Shown here one piece after another: positions 12,144 to 25,183 of a DNA stretch of 64,000 nt. Source of the DNA: Phoronis australis. Its lineage: Eukaryota > Animalia > Phoronida. How positions within the stretch are numbered: the first letter of the stretch is position 1; each line of letters begins with the position of its first letter. Location: NCBI GenBank assembly GCA_002633005.1, contig NMRA01000030.1, forward strand, positions 897,534-961,533, in the 5' to 3' direction. The position numbers and the translations under genes are program-made. The notes beneath the pieces were generated by a model. That model had not been told where the DNA came from and did not search any database. It saw only the letters and a list, made by a program, of their open reading frames with translations.

Positions 12144-13254
12144 GTTCTCACCTTAACGTGTACTCACTCATCCGATGTGGCTAGCGTATCCTACTGCCTG
12201 TAGAATCTTCGCCTGCAATTGCATGCTGGAAATGGAATCTTCACAGCTCGGTTTTGGGGTAATACCACTGAAAAGCACAAGAACAAGGTGCTTAAAAGCT
12301 GTTTCTATAACGTTTTCTCTTTTATTAATTTGGTTTTGCTTATGTTATTCTGCTGCTTTTTGGTATTGGTTTTTCAATATCAGTTTCTTATGTGTATGCA
12401 GCTGAAGTAGTCAGTCTCACACAAAGCTGAGGTACTTATCACATCACAGGAATATTTTAAATGTCATGTAAAGTGAGGCCATTTTGAACAAAAAGTTATG
12501 CAAGGTCAAGCACATTGTAGTGCTGGTATTCAACACTTCAATGTTGTTTATGCAGTGTTATTTACTTCAATGTAGTGAAATTAATTCTATAATTTATCAA
12601 GACGTGACTATCAAATACTCTTAGGGATACTTATCATCTTCAAGTGGTGTTTATTTCACAATGTCTTGATAAGCCTGGAGGGATCATTTCACTAACCATG
12701 CCCACTTATTTCAACATAGGTGGGTGGCAAAACACGGTATCACTTTTGTGATGTCATTGCCTGTATGAATCACAACACTGCAAAAACCTTGCTTCAGAAT
12801 ACTTGGAAGGCCAAAAATGCTTAATATCCTTTTTATACTTATTTCTATTTAACATTTTAGTGAAATTGTACCTTAAAGGGAGATTGCCTTGTAAATTTTG
12901 TTTAAAAATGGCTGAGAACATAGGTGAACAACATGTTTGTTGCCTTTTAATGGATCTTAAAGTGTGGTTATGTGCCCTCACTTCACTATCATAGTGTGAT
13001 TCCTGGGCCCTGTGCAATATGTCCACCCTGATACCCTTTCTTATAGACCTACTATTTATTTTTGTTTATTTATTTTTCTTTACTACTTTTGTTTTGTTGG
13101 ACAGTTTTTGTGTTAGTCATCATTGAAATACATTATTAATCATAGTTTAAAAAGCTGACAAGAGTTGGAAACGACTGCTGAGTTGACAGTGCTGTGTTTG
13201 TCCGGCTCAGTGGTGGAGTAGAAACAAATGTTTACAAGTTTTGGTTGTGCTTAA

Positions 13255-13445
13255 GAGTGAGGGTGGGTGTGGGTCTGTTGTCTACTCACCAGATTATGTC
13301 TGGGAATGAGGGTCAGTGAGGGTCTGTTGTCTACTCACCAGGTTATGTCTGGGAATGAGGGTGAGTGTGGGTCTGTTGTCTACACACCAGGTTGTGCCTA
13401 GGAATGAGGGTCAGTGTGGGTCTGTTGTCTACACACCAGGTTGTG
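13255..13445. repeat. 49-bp minisatellite, 4 copies, in the RGS 3' UTR
   Basis: Unit gaatgagggtcagtgtgggtctgttgtctac(t/a)caccaggttatgtctgg. Confidence 0.92.
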
Positions 13446-14789
13446 GTAAAAATATTGATGTTTGTGTTATTTACTGTTCACTCACTTTGAACACCTGTAG
13501 TGATGTCCTTCCCCAACTGATATGACTAAAATATGTGAAAACAAACAGTTAACTTGACATGCCTTAGAAACCAAGGAATACATTAGGGCCTGTAAAGGGC
13601 AGGTCACATGCATGTCATGTACTGCGCTTTCTGAGTTTGGTTCTGTTGTGACAGAGTTTGCTAATTTTAGCTAGCTTAATCATGCTTTCATCAGCATATA
13701 TTCAAGGAAAATTGCAGTTAAGATAAGTGTTATTGAATATGTTGATAGTAAGCTAGACACCCCCTTAAATTAGTCCAAATGGATCAGAAGCGTGTTGTGA
13801 AGTGCTGTTTGCTGTTGATGAGATATAAACCATGCTTGTGAAAGCGAAGGTGATACTTGGCATTTCAAAAAAAAATTTAAATCTGAACAAATATAGAGGT
13901 AAAGTATAGTATCTGCAAGTAACATATTGAAGTTGTAAAACTAAAGTACTGCCTGGTATACGAGTTATTTTATCAGAGTTTTTGTGCCTTGCATCTGCTC
14001 CAGGAAGAATGTCAAGACCACCGTAGGTAGTTGTAGAGATATTGCAATCTCAAGACTTGGCTATCTTTTTGAAACAGTAGTAAATTTTAATTAGATAATG
14101 TTTTGGTTACCAAGAGTGTTTTTCAGTTATGATTTTTCTATAATAGTTGACAATCAGGTTGTTACTCATGTTGATAAGTAGGCTACTATGTGTGTGTATC
14201 TAATTATATAACACTTAGATACCTTGCATCTTAAAGCTGGTGTTTCAATTTTGTCCAAGGACAAAGTTTTTACATCAAATATTTCACTCTTCAAGAATTT
14301 TCACCAGCATAATTTCAATTTTTTGCATTTAGAATTTTCACCCTTGCACTTGACTGTTAGGCGCACAATTTTGTTATCAATCGGTGTTAGTAAAACTCCC
14401 GAAATTTCTTATTTTTGTAACAGTCCTGTTGAAGAAAAATGCAGATTGCTTTAGTTGCTATGATTGGTTTCCTATATATAAAGTCTTAATTTTGGAGATT
14501 CTTGAAGAGAACAATGTCTTTGTTATTTTCTGCTTTGTTTTGGAAATGTTCTCTTATCTTACTTTTTCCTTTTGAGAGAAAATTGTGAGTTTAACTTGTA
14601 CCACATTTCTTCTAGATGTTTGAAACTAATAACAAGAGATTGGTTTAATTTTCAACTATGTTTCCACCATAGGTTTTAAACCTACTTACATGTATCTGAA
14701 ATGAGCAGTATGACGTTAAACGTATAGTTAAGACTATAGACGTGTAGATATGTATTTATTAACATCTTTGTACAGTTAACTTTATTGAA

Positions 14790-14795
14790 ATTAAA
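14790..14795 (+). terminator. Candidate polyadenylation signal (ATTAAA) of the RGS7-like gene
   Basis: ATTAAA preceded by TGTA elements and followed by a T-rich tract, at the point where the T-rich UTR-like composition ends. Confidence 0.45.
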
Positions 14796-17149
14796 AGTTA
14801 TAAGTCATATGGTTATTTTTTCCTGAACACATTTTGGTCTCCACAGGACAGTGTTTACTGGTAAAATGACATTGTTTATTTGATATTTCAAATGTAATAC
14901 CTTTCACTCTAAAACGACAAGTATCGAAGATTCGAACACAACTAGAAAAATTCGCACAGTACAGTATCCAATGGAAAGTTACAGAATCCGCACAGAATGA
15001 TAAATTAGATAGTAAGAGCACCATATGCGGGAACTATTCATACAGGGGAGTAGCTACAATTTCGAATTGCTCAATGCAGTCACCAAACATATTCATGACA
15101 GTACCACAGTGCGGTTGAAAATAAACATCATCTACCCGAATAGGTATATTGAAAGTTAGTATTGGCAAGCTTGAAGACCACTGTTAGAGACTTAAAGTAT
15201 CCTACAGTGTCGTAATATTGACAAAATTATCGATCCCAAAAATGGTTATTAGGAAAGCGTTATTTATTGAAATCTGGAATTTCGCATGAGACACCTTGCT
15301 GTGGTTGGTGTGGACGCGGATCGAGGGCAGGACCTGGTAGGCCGGTGGTGGTAGAGGTGGTGTGCTTGATCTTCTGGAGACGAGACGCTGGCTGGATGGC
15401 AACAGCGTTATTGACAGCGTAGAGGTGAAGCTGGCTTGATGGCAACAGCTTAGAGTTCGATTCACATGAAGCCGGCTTGTTGGCAACAGCTGTCATGCTA
15501 CTGATTGCTTGTCTTTATACTGCCCCGTCGGGACAGTTTTTTTCCGTTGTCTTTATACTGCCCCGACGCCCCTTCGGAACAGTTACCAGTGGCACAGGGC
15601 CCGAACCCTTAGTGCTCCGGTAGCAGGTGACATCCTCCGATCTCGCGAAGCTGTCTGAGGGCTTCGCCATCATCTACTCTCTCTCTCTCTCTCTCTCGCA
15701 TGAGACACCAAGTAGATCTTGAAATGTGATTTTTTGATGATACGGTCAAGTTTTACCTAAAAAATTTTCAGGCGCCAGGGTTAAAGTGTGACAACCGGCA
15801 TACGTACGCGTGGGGCGGGGACAGAAAAGAAAGACTGCTTAATGCGTATAAAAGAGAAAATTCAAGAGAACATTTAACAACTCTGTATCAGTGCAAGGTT
15901 TACCGTTTGAGAATCCTATTGTTGGGGCCCAGTCCGCTTTCGCAACACAGGTCGTCTATACGCACTTGAAAACGTGCACGTAATGCTTCATGAATATATT
16001 TCAAAAAATCGAAACAATGTGTAAAGCGAAGCTTTTGTGGAGCGTATTAATTTACTGGATTTTTCAGTTCAATCGGTCAATTTATCTACTGCAAAATCAC
16101 ATTTTTCCAGAGGCCCCTCTCTGGCAAGGGATAACGGAGACAACTGTCGCTTTTTTCTCGAATTGTATATCACTTGAGAAAAATTGATGAACTGACAGAT
16201 ATCATCAATTGTTCTACATTTCTTGACTTTTCAAGATATAGATATTTTCATACTGAGGGGCCCCACCCTTGAAGGAGGCCATTAATGACATTCAAGTGAC
16301 CACCTTTTTATGTTTTTATTGACAAATTCTTAAGGGTCCACTCAGGAACAGAGGGCCTAAAGTTGGACTTGATTAGGCCTACGTCTAGTTTCCTGTTTTT
16401 TGTGAAATCGTGTAACCGACTTTCATGTTGATTAAGGTCACTTCCTGCACTATTTTGTGACCACACGACGGTGGAATGAACAGTCACTCTTTTCCAAGCT
16501 TAATAATGTTTAGCCTTTCATAATTGAGGTGTCCCATTTCAGACAGGACCCTCTCTCGGTGGAGCAGTTCGGGGAAGTGTCTCTTTATTCCTCTATAAAT
16601 GTAAATCCGACACTGCCAAATATTCACGAGAGAAGTTCAGATTTCAAATTCATCAAAAAACAAAACATTCGTGCACAGCACAGGAGTATCAAGACATTAA
16701 AACCAAACAACCAAAATGTGTGAAAAAATACAATAGGACTTACCGCCATCGAAAGGGTGGAATTTTGAAGAGCGTGAAGACCACTATTTGTTAATTACAC
16801 AAAAGGACTATTTCCGATGGTTAGTTATACAGTAATTTTACTGCTTCCCATAGTATCACAAGAATAGTATCTCTTTTGAAGATGGTTACTATGAGTTGTT
16901 AGTAAGGAATTCTCATATGTGGAAAACACTGCTGTCGAGGCTACCATTGGGGTGACCGTGTACATGTCGAACAAGTGTACTCAAATACTCGCCAATTTCA
17001 ACTCGTGAACCTTTACAGGTACCTAGGAATTGAGCAAAAATACATCTTAAGTACTATGAAAGCTCAATCTCCATTTTCCCCCGGTTACCCGTCAAAAATC
17101 TGCGAGCCTACAAGCGGAAAATACTTATAACATTCCGTTATGATCAACA

Positions 17150-17810
17150 AATTCGTTGGTTTCTGATTTACATGTTGATGTATCTACTAAAACCAACAGG
17201 TTAATAGATGATTTTTGGCAATTACAAGCTAATCTTTTAAGAAATGATTACAATTCAGTTGAAGCCTGAATATGGAACAAACTCTATAATCCGAGCCCCA
17301 AATAGTAAAGTGCACCCTCCAAGACATTGATGAAATTTGGACACTTCCCAAAAATTTACTCACAATTCAATTGACAATAAATGCATTGCTTTTTGGCATC
17401 GGTACAAGATTTGTTGTTTAAAGTCACTAACAGGTGATCAAAAAGGAAAAAAATCAATGTAAACGCATTGCTCATGGATTTGATTGTTGGTTTCTGATTT
17501 ACGTGTTCATGAATCTATGAAAATAGACTGATTGAGAGATGATTTTTTCGATAATAAGAAGCTAATTCTGTAAGTAATGACAATGCTTCAATGACCATAG
17601 TTCCAGGCCGACATTGGGAAAATTCGATCTATCATCAGATCCCAAAAAATAAAAGTACACTAAACGATTGTTGCCTATCTGAAATAAGCCTCAAGGAAAT
17701 TGATGAATTTCTGACAGCTCTACAAAATGTTGCAAAATGTTCTCACAATTCAAATGACAATAAATCGTTTATTGGCTTAGGAACTAGATTTTTAGTTTTT
17801 AGGTTTTAAC
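17150..17810. repeat. Diverged ~335-bp tandem duplication
   Basis: gttggtttctgatttac(a/g)tgtt at ~17154 and ~17486; cacaattcaa..gacaataaat at ~17361 and ~17744. Confidence 0.75.
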
Positions 17811-18003
17811 TTTACAAACCATAGATCGAAAAAGAAGTTTAAGCACTGAAACAAATAAAATCTATTTCATCGGTCATCAAATTGTAAAGGTTCTTTTTGA
17901 ACTTCCGTGATGTTTTTAGTTTCCATATAGTATTGCGCAGTGAATTTTTGTTCTTCAAAACTGAATCGTTTGCTTGTATTTCCCGTGCATACTACACACA
18001 CGG

Positions 18004-18250
18004 CATGCACGCTCCGAGCCTAAAATATAGGGGAGCTCGAATTTTTGAAGATGTGGACATTTTACTATAGAAAAAATACGGAATACGGGGCTATGAACTG
18101 TATATAAGCCGAATTCCTCCCTTTTTACTGGACTTTTGTCTCGTTTTTCTCGGACTTTTTGTTTCTTTGAGGCGAACCTTTTTGCTCACTTTTCCAAATG
18201 GGGAGGGGGGCTCGTTAGAGCTCTCCGAGCCCCCATTAGGTGCGCGTATG
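18004..18250. mobile_element. Non-autonomous hAT-like MITE with a probable 5-bp TSD
   Basis: Termini catgcacgc / gcgcgtatg; flanks cacgg / caagg; internal gggggctcg..cgagcccc motifs. Confidence 0.6.
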
Positions 18251-18699
18251 CAAGGAACACGTCAGGCCTGGCACATCCACGTTAAAAATAAGGTGTAGCC
18301 ATGCCAGGCACCTCGGCACCTCGCCTTCCGGTCATAGTAAAATGAAGTTTTCCCCGAAACTGGATCTAATAAACCAAACCTTGACCTTCAACCCAGAGCA
18401 GAAAGGTACGAATCACTGTTGGAACCCAGCTATAGATACTTCAGCCACATACCAGCTACCCGTCAGTGCGCTGGCCGTAGACCCATTCTCTTGGCTTACT
18501 TTCCGTAAACTGTGGGTTCACGGTAGTCCTGATGGCTGCATCCCCGGTATTACCCCCCCCTCCCATGGCGGAAGTGGGGGACTCGGTACAAATATGGTGA
18601 CATCCAGAGATTGGGGGGGGGATAGCAAGGGGGTAAGTTGGGGAAGTCAAATTGGTTTGTGCCCCTCCACTGGCAATAATTTTTCCTTCCTACGGGCGT

Positions 18700-20146
18700 G
18701 ATCAATGAGGTGACGCTATCCTCCCGTTTCCGGATGGGTTCGAGGCATTTTGCGCCATCCAGTGGTCATTTTTCTATTTTCGAGTCCGGTTTTTTGGCGT
18801 CCGCCTTCTATCCGATGTCAACCAAACCACTCTAAGGATGATTATGAAAATTGGCATATACGTTTTTACTATGAAGAGGACGGTTGACGATGATACGATT
18901 CCGACGACTTCGACTACTGTAGCGCCTCCTAGTAGCAGATTTGTTATTAAATGTAGCAAGTGTATTTATCATGATATAAAGTTGACAACGGACGACAACG
19001 ACTTTCGGACAGATCGGACTTACGGTGTGCCCCCTAGTGGCAATTTTAGATTTTTTACGTTTACCTCTGTATCTTCAAAGGTCCTCTCCGGATTTCCATA
19101 AAATTCGGCACATAGGCATCTATTAATGAGGTGACGCTAACCTCCCGTTTTCGGGTCGATTTGAGGTATTTTGCGCCGCCTAGTGGCCATCTTTATTATT
19201 TTCAAATATCTTTTTGGCGTCCGTCCCTCCGTCAACCAAACCACTCTAAGAATGATTGTGAAAATTGTCATGTATGTTCTTACTATGAAGAAGACGATTG
19301 GCAATGATTTTCCGACGACTTCGACTATTGCGGCGCCTCCTAGTGGCAGTTTTTTGCACCCATACCTGTTTCTTCTGAGCCCTCTGCAGCATCTTTATTA
19401 AATTTAGTACGTGTATTTATATGAAGTTAACAACGAAAGACTACGACTTTCAAGTGGATCCAACGAACACTGTGCTCCCTAATGGCAACTTCCTTTTTTC
19501 TGTTTTTCTATTTCTCTCTAAGTCCTCTACGAATTTTCATGAAATTTTATAAACTGCTTTCTTTTAAAGAAACGGTGATATTTTACGGTTTTCAGACGGA
19601 TTCGACACATTTTGCGCCATTTAGTGGCCATTTTTTACTGTTTTCTTGTCTGTTTTTGGCGTCCACCATCTGTCAACCAAACCACTCTTAGAATGATTGT
19701 GAAAATTGGCTTATATGTTCTTGGGGTGAAGAGGATGGTTGACGATGTTTCCTTCTTCAATTTCTGGGGCGCCTCCTAGTGTCAGTTTTGATTTTTGCCC
19801 CCTTAGCTGTATCTCATAAGCCCTATGAAGGATCTTTATTAAATTTAGCAAGTGTATTCATATGACGTTGACAAGGGAAGACATCAACTTTCAGACGGAT
19901 CCGAAGAACGCTTTGCCCCCTAGTGGCATTTCATTTTTTAATTTTGCTCTGTTTCTCAAATGTTCCTTGACGGATTTTCATAAAATGTGGTGTATAGCTT
20001 TCTGTTAAAAACGCTGACTTTTTTGTTAGATTCGAAGTATTTTGCACTATATTGTGGCCATTTTATGATACAAATAAACACCCCTAGAAGCACACCGTTT
20101 GCCATGCATTCGTGGGCGCATTTCAGCGCTTCGCGTTGCTCTTGTT
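18700..20146. mobile_element. Helentron/HINE-like element with an internal satellite array (~140-bp subunits, ~430-bp higher-order period)
   Basis: Higher-order units start near 18703, 19124, 19565 and 20005; each subunit carries a GCGCCNCCTAGTGG-like motif; the element ends in a short GC-rich palindrome followed by gctcttgtt. Confidence 0.6.
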
Positions 20147-20335
20147 TGGTTTTGATTTCATCTTATTTTGTATCCAGTTTCCGTTTTTGTTTCTTTTTTA
20201 TCAATATTTTGACTTTATCCATGTAAAAACGTTTATTTTAGTTACATTTTAAAACAAAAATATTTGTATTACACAAGCCTATTTATTTGGTGAACGACAC
20301 ATCCTTTTTTATGTTATTGGTCATTCCAAGCCCTG
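20147..20335 (-). mobile_element. Truncated inverted copy of the CAGGGCTTGGAAT MITE
   Basis: Ends in cattccaagccctg; the body is the reverse complement of much of 24004-24215. Confidence 0.8.
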
Positions 20336-21689
20336 GTTGACAAAATTCGAGAAAATCCCTGTATCACCTACCCCCAAAGAAAGCACAGATACGGGTTTAC
20401 CCTCTTCCTTTTAAGTGTGGGAAATGGAGCTCTTATAATTTGTTAAGGGGAAAACCTTACACTGTATTTTCCTTAAAAGAAATAAAACCAAAACTTGGCT
20501 AAACTCTTATTCAAGTATTTTTGAGATCCTGCAACGGTTGCACGTGCCCTTCAATTGCCGATACAGCTAAGAACTAAGAAGCCATTCTGTTAATTCCGAA
20601 TTATAAGAGGGGTTGCAATGGACCTGGTTTGTAACGTTCTCTCCTTTATGACGTTTTACTTCACCAGTCCCATTTTTCTGATACACTGTAGGTCTACTCT
20701 TTCTACTTTTCGTTTTTAACAAGCATGGACACAGTGTTCCATGGGCAGCGTCCATGTGTTCACACGGTTACAATGGTACTAGTGCAGTGTTTCGATGACC
20801 ATGCAATAAACTTCAAAGGCGGATCCAGGTGTTTACGAAAGGGGAGGTCCAAGTAAAACGATAGACTTCTCGAGAAAATTCTATACCACAAACGAGTGAT
20901 AACCTAGTAATGAAATTTAGTATCGTGATCAATCTTTGCGCTCAGCGATGTATAGAAATAAAAATTGAAATTGTCTATTATTTTATTTCCGTTACCTACG
21001 AATAAGAACATTAAACCTATCAGCCACTCAAGAAAAGGCTTCAGAGTTTATTGAGGTTGGACATTGCCAAAGTTGCGAAAAATGGCGGATGCACGCATGG
21101 CCTGTGACTTGAGTTGGTGACGGAAATGGTATCTTATTGTGAACATTATGAGACCGATTTTGCGAGTGTAACAGGCCCAATTCGATTTTCATTCCTAAGC
21201 CACTGCAGCTAAACAGGGCGAAAATCATCAAATTTTAACAAGTCTAGGCAAAAGTACTTCTTCGTAAGAAAGTTGCTCAATTCAATCTGTGAAGGAATCC
21301 AGAAAAAGATCACTTTTGAAATATGCACGAAATAAACACCTTCTTCTGAACATCTCAGTATTACATTTCTCTGCTACAGATGATATTTGCGCGCATGCAA
21401 CGTTGTGAAGAAAGTCGTCACAATTTCATTCACCTTGGCATAAAACCTCAGGTCAAGTTATCACATTCAGAACGCGCGCAGGGTGTTCGGACAAAACCGA
21501 TGGACGCGTAGAGTGGGTGATCGGACAAAACCGGCGAAGGGGCGAGAGTTTGACGAATTTGAATCGAAAAGGAAAATAAATGGAGACTCCTCAGTTCACT
21601 GGCATCAAATCAAATGTCATACAAACACTTTCTTGAAGGATACAAATTCTAACCGAGAGAACAGTTCATTGGGTCCAAACCCACTTTGA

Positions 21690-22900
21690 AAGGCGTTGAA
21701 GTTTAAGTTTTTTACTTTCTCCGTCCGGTGTGCCTCGTGCGTCCGTCGTGTGCAACTGTCTCTCAAACCCTTGCATGATCTTTGTGAAATTTTTGTAACT
21801 GTGTTTCTCAGTGTGTACATGAGGACAGATAACGACGTATTATAGACAATTGTGGTATTTTACGTTTGCCTTTGTGCCTACCAAAGTTTTTTACGTTTGC
21901 CTCTGTGTTTACCAACTTTGTTGATGGAATTTCATGAAACTTGGCGATAGATTTCCATTGAAACGACGCTGTACTCTTGGCAAACTAGTGGCAATTTTTA
22001 TTATTTTCCAAACATGTTTTCCACGGTGGCGTCCGCCTGTTTGTGCCGCGAACCGCTCACAGGTGTCATTATGAAATCTGGTCTTTTGTGCTTCTATTGA
22101 AAAGAGCAAAACCGAAGGAGAAGTCTGACTATTGATGCAGTCCTAGTGTCCCAACTACTGATCATGCTTTCCTAATGTCCTTTTTTATTCTTGTCTTCCT
22201 CAATATCTACCAAGTTCCTGATTAAAGAGTACTACTGGCGTTGATTTGCAGACGGCACCAACAACTGTTGCTCCTCCTAGTGTTTTTTTGTTTGATTTGT
22301 CTTGTAGGCCTTACGGTATGTTCCTATTGAGGAGAATACAACTGACGTTGATTGTTGGGGCGCCTAACTTGTTGCAATTTAAGTTTTCAGTTGTATATGC
22401 CTCAGTCATGTGTCTTGAAAGATCTTATTGAAATTTGGTGAATAATTTTCCATGAAGCAGATGAGGACACCTGTCCTGTTTCAAAAAATCGTCTTATTTT
22501 GGGCTCACTATTTCTGTGCCTGATTTTGGCATTCACATCGCTATCCGCTAAACCCGACGTTTGAAGCATCACAATGAAAGTTTGCAGATGTGCTCCTATT
22601 GAGGAGAACATGGCCGCCATTGATTTTTGGGTTAATTTACCGTGTCACCCCGCTAATGTCATTTCCTTTCTTCTGCCTCAGTATCTAGCAAGTTCTGTGT
22701 TGGATGTTCAAGAAGGCATGTGTGAGGAGAGCACGCCGCCAATAAAGTTGTGTTTTTAGACATATCTGACTAACGCCCGCGTTCTTTTGTGGAAATTTGG
22801 GTTTCTTCAGTTTGCCTATTCCTCAATATCTATCGAGTTCTTTGACAGACATATGAAGTGAAGTTGTGTCAACGATACTATTTGGTTGTGTTCCTAGAGA
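21690..22900. mobile_element. Older, degenerate copy of the HINE-like satellite-bearing element
   Basis: cgtccg microsatellite-like start, recurring tgaaa(t/c)ttgg and ggcgtccgcc, and decayed cctagtg motifs shared with 18700-20146. Confidence 0.5.
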
Positions 22901-23294
22901 GAGCTAGATTGTTGTCGATTTTGGACGAACCGCTGTTACCGTAGAGAAGCAAATTATTACTGCATCTGTGCTGGACTACGAGACAAGTGCTGATCCTCAA
23001 TCTGTCGTGCCAATATTGCATCTGTGCTGGGACTACCAGACAAGTGCTAATCCCCGATCTGCCATGCCAATATTCTCGACCTGTTTCGACTAACGTGGGG
23101 AGCACGTCTGATGGATCCGACTACCGTGGAACTATTTGAAAACAATGAGCAACCCATAAAGCTTTATAGTTTATGATGTACAGTAGGTGTGTATTAACCC
23201 CGCGTTGTAAGTGACCTAAACCAAAACCTGTTTTTTGACAGAAAGCATGGTTTAGATCCCCATCACGTGATATGAAGCAGAGAGCAAATAATCA

Positions 23295-23475
23295 AGCCCG
23301 GGAGAACATATGAGACAAGGGAATATTGAACATAGTGATAGTGACGGGGGAACATAGGACCACGGCAACAAGTCGGCACGGGGAACATCCAGACGAGGGA
23401 ACGTGGGATCCGGGAAACATCTCTCACTGGGGAACATCTGACCGATAAAACATTGTGGGTTGGGAAACATTTGGA
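23295..23475. repeat. Degenerate ~17-20-bp repeat (gggaacat core)
   Basis: About 9 occurrences of a gggaaca-like core. Confidence 0.7.
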
Positions 23476-24003
23476 CAAAAGAATATCCTTCCTCTGCTTA
23501 CGGGTGGATAAGACTGCAGATCACAGGCGATAAACTCGCGATCCGTTCAGCTGATTTAGGCCTTTTATCGAGGGAAATAAAATTGGTGCCAACTTGTTCC
23601 TTTGTCAGATGAGAATTAATTTTTGGTCATCCAACCGTTATTGCTCCCGACCACTGCATGCTCGGCGAATAAGAAGATACACGGTGACAGGTCAGCTTGT
23701 AGAGCCTTGTCTCACCCAGTAACAAAGTGTCACTATTTGTGAGTCCTGAAGTCTCATCCGTTTTGCCGAAGGAAATTTTGAAACCAATTTCACAATGATA
23801 AATAGTCTAAAATTGGTAGAAATCGGATTTATAGCCACGTTAAACCTGTGTTCACTAACAGAATATCAAAAATGTTTGGCAGTATCTCTGATTATACTGC
23901 CTGTCAAAGGATATAGCTTTTCTTTGTACGTTACACATCGAAACTAATCATGGTCTTTGATTTGGGTTCAAAATTGCCCAAAGCTACTTGTACTTGCAGT
24001 CTC

Positions 24004-24246
24004 CAGGGCTTGGAATAACCTATGACAAAAAAGGATTTTTGTCAGGTAATGTTTCGTTCCATAAATATATAGGTTTTGTGATAGATATATTTTTGTGTTG
24101 TAAAATTTAAACGAAATAAAATTTTTGCATGAATAAAGTCAAAATAATGATAAAAAGAGATAAAAAGAGGAAACTGAAAATCAAATAAGAGGAAATCGAA
24201 ACCAAAAAAGAGGAAATCCTCTTCAAGAGGAAAATTCCAAGCCCTG
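24004..24246. mobile_element. 243-bp hAT-like MITE with 6-bp TSD (agtctc)
   Basis: TIR CAGGGCTTGGAAT / ATTCCAAGCCCTG; agtctc at 23998-24003 and 24247-24252. Confidence 0.9.
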
Positions 24247-25183
24247 AGTCTCTAACAATAATCGCAGACAAAATTTAACCGGTTTCCCCAGGAAAGTCTG
24301 AATCATTAATCAAATGACAAACATTCAAATCTTTGTTTGTTCCAGTTTAAAACAGGGGATTTTGTAAGAAAATATTAAAAATAGCAATGTCCAGACACGG
24401 ATGCAGGAAATGACCAAAGATGACCAGATAGTGGACAGATGGGGGAACACTTTCCAGTACACTATTCTTGGACCCTCGTCTGGGTCCACCACTGGCAGTT
24501 CACGTCACACTTAGGTGGTTTTACCGTACCACAGGTCTGGAATAGATACATTCAGACTACAGGTATGTTTCTGCTGATTATTGCTTCTGTCCAGCCTTGC
24601 ACCTGCGGTGCTGCTCCGGTTGAGCAGGACTGAAAATCGTAAGTTTGTATTTGAAAAGAACTTATACATTTTTGGAACATTTATATCTACGTAAATCCAA
24701 TATTGCATATAAATTTGCATATATATTAACAGACTATAGAGGAACTTCCATGTACAGTTTGTGAAATCAATTAAAATCGGTGTTGCAACATTGCTTACCG
24801 TGATAGGATTATATACAAATTTCCATTTAATCATTCAATGTAATCGAGCCAGAACAAGCCGTATCGCAATAATATTACACACAATAAAATTCGTGCGAAT
24901 CAAAAATTGAAAAGGGATAAAGCTCAATGGCTATTGTCAACCCAGAAATGTTCCAGCAAATTTAACAACTTTCAAAATTACTTAATTGTAGGGTGTCAAA
25001 ATACCACTTTTGGAGGGAATTTCCGTTACTCACCGCAAAAAATGACAAAGGTGGCACGGCCCACGCAAACCCGCGCACTCGATACAGTGAGTGCTGCCTA
25101 ATCAATATGTCCTTCCTAAAATTTCACCACAACATGTTCAACCAACTAAGCCCGACTACTAAGCAGGTTTCACCACCGGCAAA

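Noticed and set aside
15202-15496. Two overlapping Pro/Thr-rich minus-strand ORFs in a GC-richer patch
   Set aside because: No recognisable domain or splice partners; adjacent duplicated motifs (gtctttatactgccccg twice, tcgcatgagacacc twice) suggest transposon debris
18240-18701. 153-aa plus-strand ORF
   Set aside because: GTG start, lies among MITE and repeat fragments, and has no homology that I recognise
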